A DNA stretch of 64,000 nt from Nemertoderma westbladi (lineage: Eukaryota; Animalia; Xenacoelomorpha), in assembly GCA_032718475.1 (NCBI GenBank), contig JAUCBJ010001977.1, forward strand, positions 70,305 through 134,304. Reading direction: 5' to 3'. Positions 41,801 through 49,471 of this stretch are shown here, in pieces (within the stretch, counting starts at the first letter, position 1; each line of letters opens with the position of its first letter). The position numbers and the translations under genes are program-made. A model generated the notes under the pieces. The model was given only the letters and a program-made list of their open reading frames with translations, was not told where the DNA came from and searched no databases.

Positions 41801-42583
41801 ATCCATTATTGCCAGCTCTCGCTGGCAAGCTTGTATATTATACTACTACTATTTTTTTTTATACGACACTATTACACTCAATAAGTGGTAGTTGTGCTAC
41901 TCAACCTGGGATTTCATAAACATAACAGATTGTGATCATAATAGATCATAACAGAAGCGGCGAAACGGGATAAAAAAAATCGTGTAAAACAAGATTATCG
42001 GTTACACAGAAAAATGTTAATGAAAAACTTTTTCTATTTATTGGAAATCATGTGTATTAAGTACATATAATTTAGTGGATGCGATGGTTATGGGCAGATA
42101 TCGCTGTTTGTTACAGATGTTTGTTCAGTAAATTACCTTATTGTCGAAGCAATAAGTTATAAATACTGCAAAATCCATAACATAATTACCGTTACAGATG
42201 GCCGTTACAGAGGTTTGTCCCATAAATGTCATCACTGTAATGCGTTACAGTGGTAGACAAAAACGTTACAGATATGACATTAGTTTTTGCCATATATCTC
42301 CCGTTGAGCAGCGCGTCATGCTCTCCCTCTACCATCACAAGATTTGCCATGAAATTATCTTTCGAATGGTGTATGGTATGGCACTAATTTCCGACACAAA
42401 TTTTTCGGTCAATTTGTACCCCTTTTTGGCCACTTTTAAGCTTATTGACCCAATTATGTATACCTTGTAGTAATCAAGCGTGTGAAGACGTATTGACTCA
42501 ATGGACGGTATTTTGGTAAAGTAACCACTGTTATTGCAGGCCATCCATCGTAACCCTTCCTCTGCTTCTCGGGTTGATCCAAC
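8684..42583 (-). CDS. CACNA2D: Voltage-gated calcium channel alpha2delta subunit, partial gene of 7 internal exons: 42464-42583, 35042-35128, 32327-32563, 18854-19039, 17397-17644, 17104-17201, 8684-8882
   Basis: All exons have AG/GT ends and matching phases (junctions 0,0,0,0,2,1), giving 1175 nt of continuous frame. The translation carries alpha2delta motifs in the right order: LRWMACNNSGYFTKIPSI, YYKVLSRP, VYVDLMGLGLV, GVMSID, NGYVLIHPEL, SPWLYC, HLILDA, GTSGGITRIFP. These parallel alpha2delta-1 QWMACENKGYYYEIPSI, YLDVLGRP, VYLDALELGLV, GVMGVD, NGYVLLHPNL, APRDYC, RVLLDA, TDGGITRVYP (recalled, not searched). Confidence 0.93.
9015..9640. repeat. 25-bp minisatellite (GGCTGACTACAGCCCAATACACGTT); further blocks at ~11570-12066 and ~13996-14667
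   Basis: Period 25 is directly visible; one block heads each copy of the triplicated segment. Confidence 0.96.
9126..16607. repeat. Tandem triplication of a ~2.4-2.6 kb segment (25-bp minisatellite block plus ~1.94 kb complex sequence)
   Basis: The same short ORFs recur at 10643/13069/15674. Junctions at 11576/77 and 14002/03 read TTATGGCTGAC|AGCCC. Copies differ by a few changes and by minisatellite copy number. Confidence 0.96.
9963..10260 (-). mobile_element. Helentron/Helitron-type non-autonomous element (also in the two duplicated copies at ~12389 and ~14990)
   Basis: Minus-strand end is hairpin CGCAACGC-TT-GCGTTGCG followed by TTTCTAGT; GTCY-type microsatellite (ACAGACAGACGGACAGAC) near 10217. 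The far boundary is uncertain. Confidence 0.55.
16114..16790. mobile_element. MITE with TIR GGGTAGACGACTCGGAAAT; complete only in the third copy of the triplication
   Basis: The left TIR at 16114 (also ~11083 and ~13509) is the reverse complement of ATTTCCGAGTCGTCTACCC ending at 16790. TSD is unclear. Confidence 0.75.
17104..17201 (-). CDS. CACNA2D: alpha2delta exon, 98 nt, phase 2 to 1: (W)LYCDNFSTNWTNKRYKEEIKKIIGHGSSYRTA(C)
   Basis: Acceptor CCTTTTGTTATAG, donor GTAAGT. The split codons TG|G (Trp) and T|GT (Cys) join both neighbours in frame. Confidence 0.9.
17397..17644 (-). CDS. CACNA2D: alpha2delta exon, 248 nt, phase 0 to 2: IYVRKMRYKYCYS...GPGTVLISP(W)
   Basis: Acceptor ATGTTTATAG, donor GTGAGT; open frame overlapping ORF 17393-17629. 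Confidence 0.88.
17714..18826 (-). mobile_element. Helentron-associated non-autonomous element (HINE/DINE-1-like) with about 6 central tandem repeats of 144 bp
   Basis: Subterminal inverted repeats GGAACCGC (17741) and GCGGTTCC (18819), stem-loop ACGGGCC-TAGC-GGCCCGT (17720-17737) next to CTAGT, a TATC/TATG microsatellite at ~18757-18795, and 144-145 bp repeats at ~17790-18690. Confidence 0.8.
18854..19039 (-). CDS. CACNA2D: alpha2delta exon, 186 nt, phase 0 to 0: LGFVTDPYHVDVFDLEY...LTLPYQDP
   Basis: Acceptor TTATTATGCTCAG, donor GTTAGT. DPYHVDVFDLE parallels EPVTLDFLDAE of alpha2delta-1. Confidence 0.88.
19301..20790. mobile_element. hAT-like MITE, TIR TAGG(GG)ATGTCCCGGAAT, subterminal CCGGAA motifs
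   Basis: TIRs at both ends; direct repeat CTTCAAA(T) on both flanks (19294 and 20791). Confidence 0.8.
19575..20445. mobile_element. Degenerate piggyBac-like MITE nested in the hAT-like MITE
   Basis: TTAA|CCCTATCTGGCCAGG ... CCTGGCCAAATATGA|TTAA: imperfect TIR with TTAA on both sides. Confidence 0.5.
21468..23504. mobile_element. TIR element (PIF/Harbinger-like ends) whose body is a 57-bp (55-bp variant) tandem array of ~34 copies (~21548-23490)
   Basis: GGCCCGTTTTAGAATTAG at 21468 versus CTAATTTAAAAACGGGCC ending at 23504. The last unit's GCAGCTAA runs into the right TIR. No clean TSD. Confidence 0.75.
23925..30252. repeat. 20-bp tandem satellite (CCGATATACTAACTCTGGGT), interrupted by an RTE element at 25093-26210
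   Basis: Period 20 is directly visible; higher-order blocks are marked by GGGGGTAC variants. Confidence 0.98.
25093..26210 (+). mobile_element. 5'-truncated RTE-type non-LTR retrotransposon (C-terminal half of RT, frame open ~25095-26159) with (TAG)n tail
   Basis: Motifs LYGIP, GVLQGDTLAPFLF, DFADD, FCYLGS, VLLYGS, RLRFAGH. TAG-repeat tail at 26190-26210. CCGATATAC lies on both flanks (TSD-like). Confidence 0.95.
30722..30745 (-). CDS. Candidate 24-nt alternative micro-exon of alpha2delta (GLLPASPL); a second donor GTAAGT would give 43 nt (30703-30745)
   Basis: Strong acceptor ATTTTCTTTCTGTTGCATTCAG, then 24 nt in phase 0-0, then GTAGGT. It lies in a unique-sequence island between two satellites. 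Confidence 0.45.
30934..32105. repeat. Minisatellite of mixed 32- and 37-bp units (GGTAGGCTTTACTGTGTACTGATACTGC + TGTT or TTTACAGTA), degenerating rightwards
   Basis: Directly visible. Confidence 0.93.
32154..32288 (+). pseudogene. Decayed fragment of the same RTE family as 25093-26210
   Basis: CTTTCGCCGTGAGGACCAGCCAGTG...GGACAGCCCATGACTTT...TCTTAAAGGACA aligns by eye with 25955-26090. Confidence 0.88.
32327..32563 (-). CDS. CACNA2D: alpha2delta exon, 237 nt, phase 0 to 0: GLGLVTTVSKPVY...GVMSIDIP...NGYVLIHPELKTK
   Basis: Acceptor CTACACCACAG, donor GTAAGT; Cache-domain motifs. Confidence 0.93.
32547..34968. repeat. 47-bp satellite (~50 copies) whose unit spans the 3' splice site and first ~16 nt of exon 32327-32563
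   Basis: Minus-strand unit CGATGTATCTTTTACCTTGCTACACCACAG|GGTCTGGGACTGGTTAC; the terminal copy is the real acceptor. Confidence 0.95.
35042..35128 (-). CDS. CACNA2D: alpha2delta exon, 87 nt, phase 0 to 0: VLSRPAALNPPPPGTYSDIHFSDVYVDLM
   Basis: Acceptor ATATTTTAG, donor GTGAGT; VLSRP and VYVD motifs. Confidence 0.92.
35122..36762. repeat. 63-bp satellite (~26 copies, plus a partial copy at 37585-37634) whose unit spans the 3' splice site and first 7 nt of exon 35042-35128
   Basis: TTAGAAC recurs at 35122 and 35185 (period 63). Minus-strand unit ...TTAATATTTTAG|GTTCTAA. Confidence 0.96.
36763..37584 (+). mobile_element. 5'-truncated RTE-type non-LTR retrotransposon (second family) with (TAG)n tail and 13-bp TSD
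   Basis: Motifs DTDFADDIALLS, FQYLGSW, VFLYGGETW, RLRFSGHCWR, RGRP. The stop codon is the first TAG of the tail. TAGAACCTAAAAT occurs at 36750-36762 and 37585-37597. Confidence 0.95.
37982..38137. repeat. 52-bp unit x3
   Basis: GTGTGGTGTGGGTCAGTAGCACTGTTATATTGTGTTCAGCCAACGTTGGGGA at 37982, 38034 and 38086. Confidence 0.9.
40235..42458. mobile_element. Non-autonomous DNA transposon, ~33-bp TIR (YATAATTGGGTCAATAAGCTTAAAAGTGGCCAA), TA-flanked (Tc1/mariner-like)
   Basis: Near-perfect inverted match between 40235-40267 and 42426-42458, TA on both flanks, many internal TCTGTAACG/CGTTACAGA motifs, no transposase ORF. Confidence 0.85.
42464..42583 (-). CDS. CACNA2D: alpha2delta exon, 120 nt, phase 0 to 0, end of VWA domain: VGSTREAEEGLRWMACNNSGYFTKIPSIESIRLHTLDYYK
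   Basis: Acceptor TTTATGTTCTAG, donor GTATAC; WMACxNxGY motif. Confidence 0.93.
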
Positions 42584-43068
42584 CTAGAACATAAATATTC
42601 TTAAATAATTACATTTTCATAAAATAATTATGATTGGATAAGATGATGCGTTGGAGGTGACCACACAGGGGCGGAACCAGGAATTTAATTTCTATGGTGC
42701 GCACAATTTGTGAACTTTATTTTTTGGTCTGAGAGCGCTGCACCAGCGGTGTCCTGGGGACAGAGCCCCTGTTGCCGTGGTGGGGGTAAATGGGACGGGA
42801 CTGCCACCCCGGATTTTTATTTAGATTTTAATATGAAAATTTTCATGCAAAAATAATAAAATGTTTAATCGATTATCTGAGATTTTCTATTGATTATGGA
42901 TGATTTTCGATAACTAAAAATAATTTTTTTTTTAAATATTTATTTTTCTCATTGAACATTTAAAGGATTAGCAGTTATTAATTCTACGAGATGAAATAAT
43001 CATAATTTATTTAAATCATAGGCCTATATATTAAATAATAATTAGTAACTAATTACTATAACTAATAC

Positions 43069-43245
43069 GCAGCTTGGTCTAGTGGTGACATGGGCTTCCA
43101 TTCGGGAGGCCCTGGTTCGATCCCTAGATGGGGGCAGCACTGTTTGGGCACAGCAGCACAGTGCTTTAAATGCTGCAGCCTAGCCCAACCCGGGCTTTCA
43201 TCCTTGGATGGTCGGTAAATGGGAACCAAGGCAACTTGGGAAATA
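43069..43245 (+). mobile_element. tRNA-derived SINE with a Deu/Nin-like central domain
   Basis: A box TGGTCTAGTGG (43075), B box GGTTCGATCCC (43114), then CCCAACCCGGGCTTTCATCCTTGGATGGTCGGTAAATGGGAACC, which resembles the Deu/Nin core as recalled. Confidence 0.75.
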
Positions 43246-43269
43246 TAGTGGAAGCGTTTATGTGGAAGA

Positions 43270-44031
43270 GCTTACTATGGAAGATCACCCATGATAGTGG
43301 TGAACAGGCATTCCTTTAGGAAACGGAGTGGAAGGGTTTACTGTGGAAGATTACCCATGGTGGTGAACAGGCATTCCTTTAGGAAACAGAGTGGAAGGGT
43401 TTACTGTGGAAGATCACCCATGGTGGTGAACAGGCATTCCTTTAGGAAACAGAGTGTAAGGGTTTACTATGGAAGATTACCCGGTGGTGAACAGGCATTC
43501 CTTTAGGAAACAGAGTGGAAGGGTTTACTTGGTAGCTCACCCATGGTGGTGAACAGGCATTCCTTTAGGAAACGGAGTGTAATGGTTTACTGTGGAAGAT
43601 ATCCCATGGTGGTGAACAGGCATTCCTTTAGGAAACGGAGTGTAAGGGTTTACTGTGGTAGCTCACCCATGGTGGTGAACAGGCATTCCTTTAGGGAACG
43701 GAGTGTAAGGGTTTACTGTGGAAGATCACCCATGGTGGTGAACAGGCATTCCTTTAGGAAACGGAGTGTAAAGGTTTACTGTGGTAGCTCATCCATGGTG
43801 GTGAACAGGCATTCCTTTAGGAAACGGAGTGTAAGGGTTTACTGTGGTAGATCACCCATGGTGGTGAACAGGCATTCCTTTAGGAAACGGAGTGTAAGGG
43901 TTTACTGTGGAAGATCACCCATGGTGGTGAACAGGCATTCCTTTAGGAAACAGAGTGTAAGGGTTTACTGTGGATGATCACCCATGGTGGTGAACAGGCA
44001 TTCCTTTAGGAAACGGAGTGTAAGGGTTTAC
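43270..44031. repeat. 63-bp tandem repeat (~12 copies) attached to the SINE 3' end
   Basis: Unit ATGGTGGTGAACAGGCATTCCTTTAGGAAACGGAGTGTAAGGGTTTACTGTGGAAGATCACCC; unrelated to the 63-mer at 35122. Confidence 0.95.
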
Positions 44032-44033
44032 TT

Positions 44034-44099
44034 TTAATCGAAGGTCTTGCCCTGACCTCCGCCGGATCCCTGATCCCAGGTAGTAGAAATCATCCACAT
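44034..44099 (-). pseudogene. Short decayed RTE fragment (VDDFYYLGS region)
   Basis: Minus strand ATGTGGATGATTTCTACTACCTGGGATCAGGGATCCGG...GACCTTCGA aligns by eye with ~25576-25635. Confidence 0.75.
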
Positions 44100-46382
44100 T
44101 GTATGATGAAATACTACCTGATACCTTGTATGATGAAATACTAGCTGATACCTTGTATGATGAAATACTACCTGATACCTTGTATGATTAAATACTACCT
44201 GATAACTTGTATGAGTAAATACTACCTGATACCTTGTATGAGTAAATACTACCTGATACCTTGTATGAGTAAATACTACCTGATACCTTGTATGAGTAAA
44301 TACTACCTGATACCTTGTATGATGAAATACTACCTGATACCTTGTATGATGAAATACTACCTGATACCTTGTATGAGTAAATACTACCTGATACCTTGTA
44401 TGAGTAAATACTACCTGATACCTTGTATGAGTAAATACTACCTGATACCTTGTATGAGTAAATACTACCTGATACCTTGTATGATGAAATACTACCTGAT
44501 ACCTTGTATGATGAAATACTACCTGATACCTTGTATGAGTAAATACTACCTGATACCTTGTATGAGTAAATACTACCTGATACCTTGTATGAGTAAATAC
44601 TACCTGATACCTTGTATGAGTAAATACTACCTGATACCTTGTATGAGTAAATACTACCTGATACCTTGTATGATGAAATACTACCTGATACCTTGTATGA
44701 TGAAATACTACCTGATACCTTGTATGAGTAAATACTACCTGATACCTTGTATGAGTAAATACTACCTGATACCTTGTATGATGAAATACTACCTGATACC
44801 TTGTATGATGAAATACTACCTGATACCTTGTATGAAATACTACCTGATAACTTGTATGAGTAAATACTACCTGATACCTTGTATGATGAAATACTACCTG
44901 ATACCTTGTATGAAATACTACCTGATACCTTGTATGAAATACTACCTGATACCTTGTATGAGTAAATACTACCTGATACCTTGTATGATTAAATACTACC
45001 TGAAACCTTGTATGAGTAAATACTACCTGATACCTTGTATGATGAAATACTACCTGATACCTTGTATGATGAAATACTACATGAGTAAATACTACCTGAT
45101 ACCTTGTATGAGTAAATACTACCTGATACCTTGTATGAGTAAATACTACCTGATACCTTGTATGAGTAAATACTACCTGATACCTTGTATGATGAAATAC
45201 TACCTGATACCTTGTATGATGAAATACTACCTGATACCTTGTATGATGAAATACTACCTGATACCTTGTATGAGTAAATACTACCTGATACCTTGTATGA
45301 GTAAATACTACCTGATACCTTGTATGAGTAAATACTACCTGATACCTTGTATGAGTAAATACTACCTGATACCTTGTATGATGAAATACTACCTGATACC
45401 TTGTATGATGAAATACTACCTGATACCTTGTATGAGTAAATACTACCTGATACCTTGTATGAGTAAATACTACCTGATACCTTGTATGAGTAAATACTAC
45501 CTGATACCTTGTATGAGTAAATACTACCTGATACCTTGTATGAGTAAATACTACCTGATACCTTGTATGATGAAATACTACCTGATACCTTGTATGATGA
45601 AATACTACCTGATACCTTGTATGAGTAAATACTACCTGATACCTTGTATGAGTAAATACTACCTGATACCTTGTATGATGAAATACTACCTGATACCTTG
45701 TATGATGAAATACTACCTGATACCTTGTATGAAATACTACCTGATAACTTGTATGAGTAAATACTACCTGATACCTTGTATGATGAAATACTACCTGATA
45801 CCTTGTATGAAATACTACCTGATACCTTGTATGAAATACTACCTGATACCTTGTATGAGTAAATACTACCTGATACCTTGTATGATTAAATACTACCTGA
45901 TACCTTGTATGAGTAAATACTACCTGATACCTTGTATGATGAAATACTACCTGATACCTTGTATGATGAAATACTACCTGATACCTTGTATGATGAAATA
46001 CTACCTGATACCTTGTATGATGAAATACTACCTGATACCTTGTATGAAATACTACCTGATACCTTGTATGAAATACTACCTGATACCTTGTATGAGTAAA
46101 TACTACCTGATACCTTGTATGATTAAATACTACCTGATACCTTGTATGAGTAAATACTACCTGATACCTTGTATGATGAAATACTACCTGATACCTTGTA
46201 TGATGAAATACTACCTGATACCTTGTATGATGAAATACTACCTGATACCTTGTATGATGAAATACTACCTGATACCTTGTATGAAATACTACCTGATACC
46301 TTGTATGAAATACTACCTGATACCTTGTATGAGTAAATACTACCTGATACCTTGTATGATTAAATACTACCTGATACCTTGT

Positions 46383-49300
46383 TCTCCAGTTTTTTGAAAC
46401 TCTAGACAATGTGTACAACGAGGTGGTACATTGGCCCGCGAATCTATTTTTAGTGCCTCAGGGGGCGATTGGTCGACAATTAGTTGGGGAGATGTCGAGA
46501 CTCATTGCTCTTGCATCTAAGGAGAATCTGTTGACAGACGTTGCGGCGATTGCGCTAATGGTGTTACCTGCCCTGCTCCTTCAGAAACCGAGTCGTTCTT
46601 CGACGGCGGCAACTCATCGTCGTGTTCTAGAACGGCGATTGGGGAGCTGGAGGGGAGGTGAGTTCGAAGAATTGGTGGTTGAGGCTCGTGCGATCCAGTA
46701 TCACCTGCCGAAACGGCGGCAAACCGCTTCGCCAACCGTCGCCATGCAGAAGGCGTTCGTTCGCCATATGCTGACGGGGAATATTTCTGCCGCTACGAGA
46801 TGCCTTAGTGAGGCTTACCGAGGAGCGCCAATGAAGTTGAACGACTCGTTCACTGATAAAGATGGCGTAATGAAGATCGTAGGTGACGTATTGCGTCAGA
46901 AACACCCCCCAGCGCAACCGGCGGACGAGTCCATACTCATCTCGGAGTTTAGCGGTGCGCCGGAGCATCATGAAGTTATATTTGAGGCGATTAACGGGGA
47001 GGTGATTCTGTCGAGTTTACTCCGGATGAAGGGGAATGCCGCCGGGCCGTCCGGGTTGGATGTGCAGGGGTGGAAACACCTCCTGACAAAGTTTCGGACG
47101 GAGTCAACCGGCCTGGCCAACCAGATTGCGGAGTGGGCGAAACAGATCGCGCAGAAGGTGGTTCCTCCGGATTCGATATCCGCGTTGCTAAACTCGCGTC
47201 TACTGGCGCTCGATAAGAACCCCGGAGTTCGACCCGTAGGGATCGGAGAGGTTCTCCGTCGGGTCATCGGTAAGTCGATTATATACTGCATCCGTGAGGA
47301 TCTCCAGGCTGTTGGAGGAGGGATTCAACTCTGTCTCGGCCAGAAAGCCGGCATTGAGTTCGCTATCCACAGCCTCAATGATGCGTTCGACGATGATGAC
47401 TGCGACGCAGTGCTACAGATAGACGCAACAAACGCGTTTAACGTTCTTAACAGACAGGCTGCGTTGCACAATATTCGCGCGGTGTGTCCGGCGTTACACA
47501 CAGTCGTAACCAACTGCTACAGTCGCCCATCCCGGTTGTTTGTTGGCGGAGACTCCTTGCTCTCCGAGGAGGGTACTACCCAGGGTGACCCGGTTGCCAT
47601 GGCGATGTTTGGGAGCGGGACCTTGCCGTTTATAAGGACGTTGGGCGAGAGCTGTAAGATCCTTCAGCGATGGTTTGCGGATGATGGGAATGCGGCCGGG
47701 AAGCTCGTCGAACTGCGTAAGTACTGGGATATCGTGTCTCGACTTGGCCCGCTGTACGGATACTACCCGTCGAAGTGTCACCTAACTGTTAAGCTGGATA
47801 AGCGAGAGGAGGCCGAGGAATTATTTGCCAATACCGGCGTCATAATAAACACGGTTGGCCACGAACTCCTCGGTGGGGTTATCGGGACGGAGGAGTTTCG
47901 ACGCGAATATACCGCGAAGAAAGTGGAGGAGTTTACGGCCCAGGTCGACCGGATCACCGACATAGCTGCGGTGGATCCCCACTGCGCGTACGCCGGGCTG
48001 GTGTTCGGTTTGTCGTGCCGGTGGCGGTACGTGTCGCGGGTAGTTCCTGGTGCAACCGACCACTTCGGGAAACTCGAAGAGTCGGTAGAACTCTTCCTCT
48101 GCCAGATCACCGGCAGAGCGTCGATTACGTCGGAAGAAAGACTGCTGCTGTCCCTGCCAGTCCGGCACGGTGGATTGGGCGTTCCGGTTCCCGCCGACCT
48201 TGACGCACAGTACGGCAACTCGCGCGATATGTGCGAACCGTTTCAGCTAGCCGATACCCATTCGATGTCGGTGATCCGGGAGCGGCAGAAGCTGGCATTG
48301 GCCGCGCTGAAAGTTCGTGGGGCGCTGCACCTGAAAACTAAAACAGAAGAGGTGTACAGGAATATCTCGCCAAACCAACGCAAGTTGTGTGAGTTAACCT
48401 CAGAGAAAGGCGCTTCAACTTGGCTTAACACCAAACCGCTAACCCAAGTTCAAACTCACCTAGATAAGGAAGAGTTCCGAGACGCCCTGAGTCTACGTTA
48501 CGGGTGGTCCCCTAAGGATCTCCCAGCTCGTTGTGCCTGTGGGGAGCGATTTTCCGCTTCGCATATTCTGTCGTGCCCTACTGGAGGTTTCCCCTCCATA
48601 AGGCACAACGAGATCCGCGATTTCGTGGCTGATTCTCTTACCGAGGTGGCGCACAATGTGGCAGTTGAGCCGATGCTCCAGCCACTGACAGGCGAGCAGT
48701 TCGCCCTCCGATCCGCTTCGACTGACCAGCAGGCGCGGCTGGACGTTTCGGTGAGTGGCTTCTGGGGCAACCGCTTCCAGAGGACCTTCATCGACGTTTC
48801 AGTATTTAACCCGCTGGCCGCTACGAACGCCGCCATGTCTTTGGATGCCGCCCATCGCCATCACGAGGACCGAAAGATCCGGAAGTACGAGGAGCGGGTG
48901 AGGGAGGTTGAACACGGCAACTTCACTCCCCTCATCTTCACGGCTTTCGGCGGGATGTCCAAAGCCGCCACGCAGTTTGTTACTCGCCTGGCTCACAAGA
49001 TCGCAGACAAAAGGGAGGTCCGGTACTCCGACAGTATTACCTGGGTTCGCCGGCGACTGAGTTTCGCGTTGCTGAGGTCGTCGCTGCTCTGTTTGCGTGG
49101 CTGTAGATCAGCTTCTCGCCGCCCAGTCCGCTGCAATATCGCGGAGGCGTCCATTCTCCTGGCGAATGCAAACTCGGACCCAACAGGCTGAATGGCAGTG
49201 CAGTGGTAGGCAGTGCAGTACACAGTATGCAGTACAGCAGTACATACTGTTTAAATAGCAATCTGGTTGCTAGGCAGCCGTCAAATACAGCTGGTGGTGG

Positions 49301-49433
49301 TTGTACAATTGTTTTTTAAATTTCCCGCGTTTCTGTAATTACTGTTTTTAATTGTTTGTTATAGTGCCTATAATTGTGTTTGTATTTCTGAAGGTTTTTA
49401 TTATTTTGTGAATAAATGAGGCTTGTAAAGTTA

Positions 49434-49464
<31 letters not shown>
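46383..49464 (+). mobile_element. 5'-truncated CRE-clade (restriction-like endonuclease) non-LTR retrotransposon with 3' UTR, AATAAA, poly(A) and TSD
   Basis: AATAAA at 49411, A-run at 49437-49465, and (A)CCTGATACCTTGT at both 46369-46382 and 49465-49478. The frame is open back to the left junction. Confidence 0.92.
46411..49191 (+). CDS. Retrotransposon ORF (N-terminally truncated): reverse transcriptase, CCHC zinc knuckle and PD-(D/E)xK-type endonuclease
   Basis: AGPSG, GVRPVGIGEVLRR, DATNAFN, GTTQGDP, WFADD, GGLG, CACG...HILSC, RHNEIRD, ARLD...IDV, KIRKY. No stop over 926 codons. Confidence 0.93.
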   Translation: MYNEVVHWPANLFLVPQGAIGRQLVGEMSRLIALASKENLLTDVAAIALMVLPALLLQKPSRSSTAATHRRVLERRLGSWRGGEFEELVVEARAIQYHLPKRRQTASPTVAMQKAFVRHMLTGNISAATRCLSEAYRGAPMKLNDSFTDKDGVMKIVGDVLRQKHPPAQPADESILISEFSGAPEHHEVIFEAINGEVILSSLLRMKGNAAGPSGLDVQGWKHLLTKFRTESTGLANQIAEWAKQIAQKVVPPDSISALLNSRLLALDKNPGVRPVGIGEVLRRVIGKSIIYCIREDLQAVGGGIQLCLGQKAGIEFAIHSLNDAFDDDDCDAVLQIDATNAFNVLNRQAALHNIRAVCPALHTVVTNCYSRPSRLFVGGDSLLSEEGTTQGDPVAMAMFGSGTLPFIRTLGESCKILQRWFADDGNAAGKLVELRKYWDIVSRLGPLYGYYPSKCHLTVKLDKREEAEELFANTGVIINTVGHELLGGVIGTEEFRREYTAKKVEEFTAQVDRITDIAAVDPHCAYAGLVFGLSCRWRYVSRVVPGATDHFGKLEESVELFLCQITGRASITSEERLLLSLPVRHGGLGVPVPADLDAQYGNSRDMCEPFQLADTHSMSVIRERQKLALAALKVRGALHLKTKTEEVYRNISPNQRKLCELTSEKGASTWLNTKPLTQVQTHLDKEEFRDALSLRYGWSPKDLPARCACGERFSASHILSCPTGGFPSIRHNEIRDFVADSLTEVAHNVAVEPMLQPLTGEQFALRSASTDQQARLDVSVSGFWGNRFQRTFIDVSVFNPLAATNAAMSLDAAHRHHEDRKIRKYEERVREVEHGNFTPLIFTAFGGMSKAATQFVTRLAHKIADKREVRYSDSITWVRRRLSFALLRSSLLCLRGCRSASRRPVRCNIAEASILLANANSDPTG

Positions 49465-49471
<7 letters not shown>

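Noticed and set aside
44034-46418. 746-aa and 794-aa ORFs on opposite strands (KYYLIPCM / HTRYQVVF repeats)
   Set aside because: They are translations of a 27-bp satellite. The 24-bp variant is simple ATG slippage, so the frame stays open without selection, and a retrotransposon interrupts the array.
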